A stretch of 63,884 nucleotides of DNA, filler included, from Thraustochytrium aureum (Eukaryota): NCBI GenBank assembly GCA_012862495.1. It is 5 parts of 5 records of this genome, joined end to end, with 100 filler letters (N's around TTAATTAATTAA, not from the genome) between each part and the next. Parts side by side here need not be neighbours in the genome. Positions count along the whole stretch, not along the records: positions 53,538 to 60,090 come from BLSG01000139.1; positions 60,191 to 63,884 come from BLSG01000141.1; 3 more parts are not named here. One strand, given 5' to 3'. Under the pieces are notes generated by a model, which did not search any database, was not told the DNA's origin, and worked only from the letters and a program-made list of their open reading frames with translations. How positions within the stretch are numbered: position 1 is the stretch's first letter; each line of letters starts with the position of its first letter. This document shows positions 55,175 through 63,884 of this stretch, piece after piece. The translations under genes were made by a program, and so were the position numbers.

Positions 55175-55810
55175 ATGGGGCTTGGATCGATTCTGGCGAG
55201 GATGCGCCTGCACGTTGCGCGGCCCGTGGGCCGCCAGATGTCGAGCCTGGCGGCGGAGGCGGCGGCTGCGGCTGTGGAGCCCACCAAGTTCTCTGGCGCG
55301 ATGCAGCTTTTGCACTGGACGATCGCCGCCGGCGTGCTCACTTGCGTCGGAACAGTGAAACTGAGCCAGTGGACTCCGAAGGAGGAGCCGAAAAAGTATG
55401 GGATGACCAAGGCGGAGCTGATGGATATCCACAAGAGCACCGCTTTGATCGTCGCCGGGCTCGTGGTACCGCGGGTAGCCCTGCGCCTCATCCAAAAGCA
55501 CCCCAAGCTGCCCGAGGGAAACATTTTGGAGCGTGCCGCAGCCAACCTCTCGCACTTCTCCCTGTACGCGCTGATGATTTTCTTGCCCGGATCGGGAATC
55601 GCCATGGGCTACTTTGGTGGCAAGGGGCTGCCGTTCTTCGGCTACACGATCCCTGGGGCAACCGAGCCCAACAAGGGCATCGCTGGCCAGGCGTTCAAGA
55701 ACCACAAGCTCGCCGGGGAGGCGCTGACGTACCTTCTCCCAATCCACGTGGGCGCCGTCGGATTTCACGCGCTCAAGGGCCAGAACGTGCTTGCTCGCAT
55801 GCTTCCGTGA
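55175..55810 (+). CDS. Bacterial-type cytochrome b561 (CybB/YceJ-like) with a putative mitochondrial presequence (211 aa)
   Basis: Conserved histidines in LLHW, IHKS.AL, SHFSLY, NHKLAG and IHVGAVGFH, with 4 TM helices. The N-terminus is Arg-rich and acid-free: MGLGSILARMRLHVARPVGRQMSS. Confidence 0.85.
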   Translation: MGLGSILARMRLHVARPVGRQMSSLAAEAAAAAVEPTKFSGAMQLLHWTIAAGVLTCVGTVKLSQWTPKEEPKKYGMTKAELMDIHKSTALIVAGLVVPRVALRLIQKHPKLPEGNILERAAANLSHFSLYALMIFLPGSGIAMGYFGGKGLPFFGYTIPGATEPNKGIAGQAFKNHKLAGEALTYLLPIHVGAVGFHALKGQNVLARMLP

Positions 55811-56018
55811 ACCAGGAAGGGCGACTGCGGCACTGCACTTCCCTGTTCTTCGCAGGTTTGAGACCTTCCAAGTCTTCCAGGTCCACGTCCACACCAGCGC
55901 CGCCATAAATAAATAGATAAAAGTCAAGTCGAACAACACCAATGCACATTCAGTCGCTTTCGTTTCTGATGATGAGGGAAAACGCTCCACCGATTGCGAG
56001 TGCTTTGGCAGGCCCAGC

Positions 56019-59000
56019 TTACGCGTCCTGGGCCGCTCGCAAGTCGACGGAACTCACCTGCCAGCGCGCACCGCACTTGGCAAGCACCTTGACAGCCAAG
56101 CCAGGAAAGTCCTCGAACGCGTCCCGTACTAGCGCCTCGTCCGAGAGGCAGCTCGCGGCGTTCTCGGCCACGTGGGAGACCGCCGCGCTTTCGAGGTCCG
56201 CGAGCCCCAAGAGGTGTCCGACGCACGCCGCAGCGACAGCGGTTTCGGGGCTGAGGCCCGAGACGACGAGCGACTTGGAGAACGTCACAAGCTTGCAGCT
56301 GTCGTGAAGCCCGTAACAGTGCGAGAGCATGAGCAGATCGCAAGCACAGTCAGCGAGGATGCTGCAAGTTGAACCACTGTACAGGTACGTGACAAACGCG
56401 TGCAGCGCCTCCGCGGAGGACTCGCTCGGATCCACCAAGCTGACGCCGCGCGCAGCGCGCTCAGGCGCCATCTGGGGCCTTGGGACCGCGCGCGAATCTC
56501 GCGATCGCGCAGATGCCGGGCTCGAGACCTCGGGGGCAGCAGACGACCCAGGGCTAGAACCACTCTCGCAGAGGCTTTCAAGCGCAGAGCGAATCGCGGG
56601 GCAGCGTGCGGCGAGAACAACACCGTGGCATGCAATCGGCCCCACAGCGCTACGCGGCGTCCCTTGCGCAGCATGAGGAAGCGTACTTCGCGGCGACACT
56701 TTGGATGCGCTTGGGTTCAGCTCCAAAAGGAAATCAACGAGCGCGGATCCTTTCAGAAGGCGCAACATGTCCTCAATAAATGTACTGGGCCCGACCTTGA
56801 GTGGAGCAGGAAGGCTCGCGACCGCTGTCCTGGCAAAGTCCTGGGAGGACAGCCCAATCACCTCAGCCAGCAGGTCGGGCCTGCCCTCGAGGATGCCCAC
56901 CGCAAGCCGGTTTCGACGCGCAACGCAAGTCTCGTAGTGGCTCGAGATGTAGACGAGACACTCCCGCTTGATCGCCCCTAGATCCAGCTCTGAAGCGCGT
57001 GCTAGGATGGTGATCACGTTTTCGCAGTTCAACGCGAGTTGCACCCGCTCTTGACACAGAGCAAGCAAGCGATCGAGACAGAACGCCGCCGCAACCCAGG
57101 CCACGTCGAGCAGCTGCACCGCAGAATACTCGTCCAGGAGCTTTGCATCGTCAGAGTACAGGAACTTGACCAGACACCCGAGCGAGTCGGCTGTGGCCCC
57201 GTCCAGGGTAGCCGTGGCGTCCTCGCGACAATTGGCTGGTGCGTCCGTCCAGCGCCAACTCGTAAAAGGGGCAAGCGGGCGGGCCCGCTCCTGCACAGCC
57301 TTCCACAGGCGCGGGCACCTGCAGCTCAAGATAGCACTGTGCAGTGGGAACGTGCTCGACCTGGGCAGATCGGGCGCAACCTGGCTTTTTCTGGCTTTGC
57401 CGGCCCTCTTTGCGCTCTCCCTCCCACTGCCAACGGGCATACCCATGCGCGACCCGGTGCTTCCGCCGAGCGGGTCCTCGTCGGTTGTGCAAGAAGCTCG
57501 GATCGCAATGTCACACAGCGTTTGGTCGTGCAGCATGGCGAGCAAATCGGCCGCGACGTCGCTCAGGGCCCGTCCAGTCCTCGAGACTCCTCGTTTGTCT
57601 TGCTAGGAAGGATCAACGCCGGCAGGTTGTCTGGCTTGCCCGCCGCCGCCGCCATTTCCGACGATGCGCCGCGACTTGAAGAGCACGGCGGCGGCGGAGT
57701 TTCTAGCCCGCTCTGGTGGCGTATGCCTTGCTGCGTAGCCCGCGGGGCGCTGCAGAGTTGCGATAACGTATTCGGCATCTCTGCAAGCTCGCCAACTGGG
57801 CGCGGGAAAACAACAGCAAAACTGGAGCATGCGACGCGGCCAGGAGGCGTCGCCGGGATGGATGGAACCCGTGCAAGGCTGCCCGCCGCAACGTCAGCCC
57901 CCGGTCGAGACCGAGACGGCCGCCTTCGCGCTTGCCACACGCGTAAAGACCTGGAAGCTTCTCCGAACACTGCCAGGAGTCCACCCAAACGAATGTGCAC
58001 CCATCTCCCAGTGCGATGTCGCTAACGCTTGCGCCGACCAGCGACGTGATCAAATTTGGCACCGCGACGACGATCGGGCTTGCCATGCCGAGCTCTCCGC
58101 TAGAGTTGCAGCCAAACCCAAAAAATTGTGGCGGCTCGTCGCCTTGCTGCCCACTTGGAGATGTCAGGTGGCGAACTGCTTGAATAATCGTGTGACGAGC
58201 GCCCAAGAACACTGCGTGCACTGATACGTTGGCGTCGTGGAGGGTGAGAGGGGCAGCACAAGTTGCCGCTTGGCCGATAGCCTCGAGGCCCAGCCCAAGC
58301 TGCCCAAATATGTTGTCCCCACACAGCAGAAGATTGCTCTGCGCTGCGCTACTGTTGTTGCGGTCTACGGGTTGCGTCAGAAACGCGCTGTGCGCCGCCC
58401 CGCATGCAACGTGCTGCACGCCGGATAGTCCCTTCACCAGAGTGGGCTCGGCTACGTCTTCAACGTGGCCGAGGCCGAGCTGGCCGCGGTCGTTCGCTCC
58501 CCAAGAAAAGGCCTGGCTCTCCGCGAGAAGGCCCAGGCAGTGGTTTTCCCCACAGGCTACGGACCTTACCCTTGCCCTTGCCGCGATCCTGTCGAGCGGA
58601 ACGCGACGCACCGTGCACGGCGCACTCGCTGTCTCAGGGTTGGGCCCGGTCTGGCCGCGCGCGGCGCTTCCCCATGCGAGAAGGGTGGTTTTGCCTTCAG
58701 GCGAGGCGCACAAGGCGAGCGTGTGGCTCCGCCCGCACGCAACTTGCTTGATGCCTTTCGAGCACGCCTCTTCGAGGCACACGGGGACGTCCTCAAGTTC
58801 GCTCTCGGCGAAGCCGAGCTGGCCCTGGGAATTGTCCCCAGCCACATACACCTCGTCCTCGCTCGTCACCAGCACAAGATGCCGCGCCCCGGCAGCAGCA
58901 TGCGTCACGACAAGCTTCCCGCCGGACAGCGCCTCGACAGCCGTGGCGTCCCATAGGTCCTCGCGGCCGCCGAGGCCCAGAGCGCCGTATTCGTTCGCGC

Positions 59001-59031
59001 CCCACACGAACACCGTTGCGCACCTTTCCAT
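56019..59031 (-). CDS. RCC1-repeat + tandem BTB domain protein (RCBTB/IBTK-like); frameshifts near 57900 and 57590
   Basis: RCC1 repeats (VFVWGANEYGALG, VACGRSHTLAL, SWGANDRGQLG) followed by BTB motifs (LHSAILSCRCP...LVKFLYSD; CHGVVLAARCP...FVTYLYSG). Confidence 0.85.
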
Positions 59032-59176
59032 CGCGCCGCAAGCAACGAAAGTGGCCTGTTGCGCGCGAACTCCGAGCGCTTTCTAACGCGAAGACGCCGC
59101 GAACCAATGTCAATCTGGCAGCGCCTGGGCGCTCACCATTGCATTGTAGACGCCAACGTAAACTCGGTCGCTCGAA

Positions 59177-59221
59177 ATTGCATTGCATTGCATTGCATTG
59201 CGTTGCATTGCGTTGCATTGC
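59177..59221 (+). repeat. (ATTGC)n pentanucleotide microsatellite upstream of the RCC1-BTB gene
   Basis: About nine ATTGC/GTTGC units. Confidence 0.9.
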
Positions 59222-60090
59222 GCGCCCAGCAAGCACGTCTCGCACGTTTATCGTCAAAGAATGTTACCTTCGCCGGGTGCAGGATTGTCTGGCGTCGAGG
59301 ACTTGGTTTACCCGATGAAGCTGCTTTTGGGTTGGCTTTGCAACATAGCGGATGTTACCGTTGACTCGACGTGATAGCGACTCTGGGTCGACCTGAACTG
59401 ATGAGTCCGTGCCGTTTCAACCGGTGAAACTGGGCAAGTGGCGGGATGTCGGTTGGAGCGCACCTGCCGGACTGTCAGTGACAGGTGAATGCGCTCAGCA
59501 AGTGGGGGTGGCGGAACTGAGAGACAGGACACCGCAACCAAGGTCGCTCGAAGCGCCGTCGCTTCGAGTGTGGTGCGTGCCGGACGGCTTTCTTGACAGC
59601 TCCTGTCCGGAAAGCTTTGGCCAAGAGCGCGTTAGACAGGTGTATGCTGCTTGCCCTTCTGGCGGGGCTCAGAGATTCAAAGAGTGGACGAAGCGCTGTT
59701 CAAGTTGTAGTCGCACGGCGCAGTTTCAACTCAAACGGATAGATTGCAGCCAAGAAGGCTGCGGCTTGCGATGCGATAGGCTCGAGGATGAGTAGTCTAC
59801 CTTGGCCTCACAGTGAGCTCCTGCCTGTCCGTTGTACAGCTCTCTTGGGCAAGGGGATCAATCCCAAGCAAGCGCGTTGCTCCTACCCCATGGCTTGGCA
59901 AGCGCAGCTCCATCACAGACAGACACGTATTGCAGACACAGACGCCGGCTGACTGTTTTCACGCTCTATCCACTACCTCGACCGCTGACAACGATTGCAG
60001 GCAGGCAGCAGACAGCGGCCGGGAGTCATGGGACGCCGTAAGCAGAATGTGGTTGCACTCCTGGTGATCCTGTGCCTGGCTCCGTGCACC

Positions 60091-60190
60091 NNNNNNNNNN
60101 NNNNNNNNNNNNNNNNNNNNNNNNNNNNNNNNNNTTAATTAATTAANNNNNNNNNNNNNNNNNNNNNNNNNNNNNNNNNNNNNNNNNNNN
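60091..60190. other. Artificial scaffold spacer
   Basis: 44N-TTAATTAATTAA (60135-60146)-44N. Confidence 0.97.
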
Positions 60191-60427
60191 CCGAGCGACG
60201 TGAATATTGCGCAAGAAGACGTGACAGGGGAGGACGTGGTGACGTGTGATGTGGGCTCGTGCCGGAGACCCACGGGAGGCGCAGGCGGGCCTCAAAGTCG
60301 ATCGCGACGCGGACGAGGACGGGCGGCGCCAGCAGTGGGGAAGGAGGGCGGGCGTGCGAGGCGACCAGGGTAGGTGGTGTGCTTTTCCTTTGGGTCGGGC
60401 TGCGGGACGCTGGGGTGCTTCAGGAGG

Positions 60428-61603
60428 ATGAGCGGACTCGCGGTTGCTCGCGGAGCGACGCGGGGCGTCCTTGGGGCTCGCAGCGCGCTGCGCGTGGGCT
60501 GGAGGCATGGGGCCGGGCTCAGGTCCGCGGTCGGGGTAGTCGGTACCGCGGGCCGCGCGCGGGGCCTTGCGAGCGGCCCGTTTGGGATGGGGTCCATGGC
60601 AAGCCAGCCGGGACCGTTCGGGCCCTCGTCCAAGCGGTCGCTGCCGATAAACTTTGGGATTCGCATCGTGCCGCAGCAGAGCGCGTGGGTGATTGAGCGA
60701 TTCGGCAAGTTTCACACGATTCTGGAGCCCGGCCTGCACTTCCTCGTGCCGGTCGTCGACCGGATCGCGTACGTCCACTCGCTCAAGGAAGAGGCGTTCC
60801 CGATCCCCAACCAGCAGGCGATCACCAAGGACAACGTGACGATCAGCATCGATGGCGTGCTCTACCTCCGCGTCGTCTCCCCGTACGATGCATCGTACGG
60901 AGTCGAGGACGCCATCTTTGCCGTCGTGCAGCTTGCGCAAACCACAATGCGGTCCGAGCTGGGCAAGATCACGCTAGACAAGACCTTTGAGGAGCGCGAA
61001 AACCTCAACAAAAACATTGTGGACGCCATCAACGACGCCGCTATGACGTGGGGTGTGCAGTGCCTGCGTTACGAGATCCGGGACATCACGCCGCCGCCAA
61101 GCGTGCGCCAGTCGATGGACATGCAGGCCGAGGCCGAGCGCCGCAAGCGTGCCGAGATCCTCCAGTCTGAGGGAGACCGCCAGGCGCAGGTCAACGAGGC
61201 CGAGGGTGCCAAGCAGTCGGTCATCATGCGCGCCGAGGCTGAGGCGCAAAAGATCCGGCTCCAAGCCGACGCCACTGCGGATGGGCTTCGGATTATCTCG
61301 AGGGCGCTCTCCGAGCCAGGTGGCCGCGACGCCTCCTCGCTCCGCATCGCAGAGCAGTACGTCGACGCCTTTTCCAACCTTGCGAAGAAGAGCAACACTG
61401 TGATTCTCCCGGCCAACGCGGGAGACCCGGCTTCCATGGTCGCGCAGGCCATGTCTGTCTTCACGACGCTGACCAACAACAAGGACATCATGCCGAGCAG
61501 CGTAGCTCGCGAGGAGCGCGCCGCCGCAGTCTCCAGCTCAACTGAGGGTTCCTCGTACCCATCGATCGCCTCAGTCCGCGACCTCCAAGACGCGGACAAG
61601 TGA
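60428..61603 (+). CDS. STOML2: Stomatin-like protein 2 (SPFH/band 7), mitochondrial
   Basis: [48 protein letters not shown] and RIAEQYV.AF, with an Arg-rich presequence. Confidence 0.95.
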   Translation: MSGLAVARGATRGVLGARSALRVGWRHGAGLRSAVGVVGTAGRARGLASGPFGMGSMASQPGPFGPSSKRSLPINFGIRIVPQQSAWVIERFGKFHTILEPGLHFLVPVVDRIAYVHSLKEEAFPIPNQQAITKDNVTISIDGVLYLRVVSPYDASYGVEDAIFAVVQLAQTTMRSELGKITLDKTFEERENLNKNIVDAINDAAMTWGVQCLRYEIRDITPPPSVRQSMDMQAEAERRKRAEILQSEGDRQAQVNEAEGAKQSVIMRAEAEAQKIRLQADATADGLRIISRALSEPGGRDASSLRIAEQYVDAFSNLAKKSNTVILPANAGDPASMVAQAMSVFTTLTNNKDIMPSSVAREERAAAVSSSTEGSSYPSIASVRDLQDADK

Positions 61604-62561
61604 AGAGAGCGCGCCCACCCCAACCCGCACGTTCGTCGCCAGCGCTGCGCTCCATCTACTAAAGAAATAAAGCAGACCGACGCCTTCCTGTCCTGCCAGG
61701 GCGCGCGCCGTCCCAGCTGGCCCGGAACCTAAGGCCCGGCCGGCGCCTGCCTCGACGCCGAGCGCGTCGCCGGAGGGAAGGCAGAGCGTCCTCCTCGNNN
61801 NNNNNNNNNNNNNNNNNNNNNNNNNNNNNNNNNNNNNNNNNNNNNNNNNNNNNNNNNNNNNNNNNNNNNNNNNNNNNNNNNNNNNNNNNNNNNNNNNNNN
61901 NNNNNNNNNNNNNNNNNNNNNNNNNNNNNNNNNNNNNNNNNNNNNNNNNNNNNNNNNNNNNNNNNNNNNNNNNNNNNNNNNNNNNNNNNNNNNNNNNNNN
62001 NNNNNNNNNNNNNNNNNNNNNNNNNNNNNNNNNNNNNNNNNNNNNNNNNNNNNNNNNNNNNNNNNNNNNNNNNNNNNNNNNNNNNNNNNNNNNNNNNNNN
62101 NNNNNNNNNNNNNNNNNNNNNNNNNNNNNNNNNNNNNNNNNNNNNNNNNNNNNNNNNNNNNNNNNNNNNNNNNNNNNNNNNNNNNNNNNNNNNNNNNNNN
62201 NNNNNNNNNNNNNNNNNNNNNNNNNNNNNNNNNNNNNNNNNNNNNNNNNNNNNNNNNNNNNNNNNNNNNNNNNNNNNNNNNNNNNNNNNNNNNNNNNNNN
62301 NNNNNNNNNNNNNNNNNNNNNNNNNNNNNNNNNNNNNNNNNNNNNNNNNNNNNNNNNNNNNNNNNNNNNNNNNNNNNNNNNNNNNNNNNNNNNNNNNNNN
62401 NNNNNNNNNNNNNNNNNNNNNNNNNNNNNNNNNNNNNNNNNNNNNNNNNNNNNNNNNNNNNNNNNNNNNNNNNNNNNNNNNNNNNNNNNNNNNNNNNNNN
62501 NNNNNNNNNNNNNNNNNNNNNNNNNNNNNNNNNNNNNNNNNNNNNNNNNNNNNNNNNNNNN

Positions 62562-63253
62562 AGGACGACGAAGAGGACGACGACGACGACGAAGTCCAAG
62601 AGCACGACGGCGATGAAGCCGAAAAGGGGGACAACGAGGCCGACGAGGGCGACAGCGACACGAACAAGGAGGAGGAGGGAGTCGCGGACGGCGATGAAGG
62701 CGAACAAAGCGAGGGCGAAGGCGAGGGCGAGAGCGAGGGCGTGGAGGCCAGCGAGCCACTCGCCACGGCTAAAGATCGAGACAGCTTTGCCTGCGCGGAG
62801 GAGACCGGGCAAGGGGACCAAAAAACGCTGGTAACGGGAATGCACGACAGTGCCGTGGACGAAAACGGACCCAGTGAGCAGCAGGGCGCGGCTGCGCAAG
62901 CCGTGCCGCCCGCAGCGCCGGCCTCGGGAGCGGCGGAGGTCACCCAGACGGACCACCTCAACCGGCGTCTGCTCATGGCCTTCGAGGAGCAGCTCGCAAA
63001 GTTTGGGATGGACCCGCGCTTTCAACAAGGCGACAGCGAGGACGACCATTTCAGCGATGAGGCGAGCGACAGCGAGGCGGCCTCCGGAGAGGTTTCGCAG
63101 ACTGACCAGCTCAACAGGCAGCTTCTCGCAGCCTTCCAAGACCAGATCGCTCGCTTCGGCCTTGACCCACGGTTCACGGAAGGCGGTGGACCGAGTGCCG
63201 TCAGTGACGCCGCAGAGGACGAGGACGAGTCTGCCAAGGGCGAAGAAACGTGA
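62562..63253 (+). CDS. Highly acidic low-complexity protein with two copies of a ~32-aa motif; 5' end in gap
   Basis: D/E-rich frame containing EVTQTDHLNRRLLMAFEEQLAKFGMDPRF and EVSQTDQLNRQLLAAFQDQIARFGLDPRF. Confidence 0.7.
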
Positions 63254-63344
63254 AAACTGGGAAGAAGAAAAAAGAAGAAGCTGAAACCAGCGCGTTCGAA
63301 TCGACGGCGAGAAAGAGTACAAGTTGGCGCGTGGCGTCGCCAGC

Positions 63345-63884
63345 CTATGGGTCGGTGACGATGACAATCGCGCTGACGTCGTCCTTGGTGGTGCGCGAAG
63401 CCAGCTCGACAAGAATCTGTGCTGCGCGGTCTGGGTCGGCGCCCCCGCGAAGCGCCTTTTCCACGACCTCGAGCGCCTTCTTGTTGGACATAGTGTCCCA
63501 AACGCCATCGGTAGCAAGAACGATGAGCGTAGGCCCCTCTGCGAGCGAGAACGCGTTGACGTCCGGAAGGGCGGTGACAATGTCGGGGCCCAAGCCAAAC
63601 TTGACATCCCAGTCGCCAAACGTGCGGGATGGGCCGAGCGCCCCGATGCGTCCATTCCTGATGACGCCGCCCTCCTCCCTGACGCGGTACCTCTCATCGA
63701 CGTTGTCGCTGACGCGATGGTCCGTCGTCACCTGCTGCGCGGGTGCTGCTTTGCCAAAGAGACCCTTCTTGCGGCCCTCCGTTCGCTTGTACACGAGGCG
63801 GCAGTCGCCGCAGTGTGCCACGTAGCACATGGTGCCGCGGATGAACGCCATGAGCCCGCACGCGCCGCTCGTGCTCCCGGTCTC
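63345..63884 (-). CDS. Protein phosphatase 2C (PPM family), C-terminal part
   Basis: YVAHCGDCR, TTDH, ERYRV..EGG, SRTFGD, VLATDGVWD and DDVSAIVI. Confidence 0.93.
   Translation of the reverse strand, partial: ETGSTSGACGLMAFIRGTMCYVAHCGDCRLVYKRTEGRKKGLFGKAAPAQQVTTDHRVSDNVDERYRVREEGGVIRNGRIGALGPSRTFGDWDVKFGLGPDIVTALPDVNAFSLAEGPTLIVLATDGVWDTMSNKKALEVVEKALRGGADPDRAAQILVELASRTTKDDVSAIVIVTDP

Noticed and set aside
59300..60090. Cys-containing short ORF (59409-59795) as a possible transposon or zinc-finger remnant
   Set aside because: Codon usage is unlike the host genes, and no transposase motif, terminal repeat or target-site duplication is visible.

Overview
GC-rich, almost intron-free eukaryotic draft sequence from a flagellated protist. 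A stramenopile, possibly a labyrinthulomycete/thraustochytrid, is my inference from gene content and style, not something I can prove here. The window is not one locus. Four identical 100-bp artificial spacers (44 N + TTAATTAATTAA + 44 N) join five scaffolds: 1-11855, 11956-37682, 37783-53437, 53538-60090 and 60191-63884. There are many internal N gaps and many single-base indels, often at homopolymers, that split genes across frames. About 25 protein-coding genes are recognisable, mostly housekeeping (syntaxin-5, RPAIN, ODAD3-like, aspartate aminotransferase, RPLP1, amino-acid and choline transporters, HOOK, STOML2, PP2C). The best candidate for an undescribed system is a ~4.6-kb gene at 19449-24104. 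It encodes a DUF4011 + SF1 (Upf1/DNA2-type) helicase resembling the bacterial anti-phage Hhe protein, yet it has host-like codon usage and NLS-like ends. Other highlights are an LRR gene built from duplicated 84-nt-exon/intron cassettes with an F-box/SOCS-like tail, a DUF1853 + DEDDy exonuclease fusion, a TIR-like/TPR protein, HET-E-like WD40 repeats, a mitochondrion-targeted CybB-like cytochrome b561 and a tail-anchored divergent FBPase. All family assignments come from recognising motifs by eye; no searches were run.
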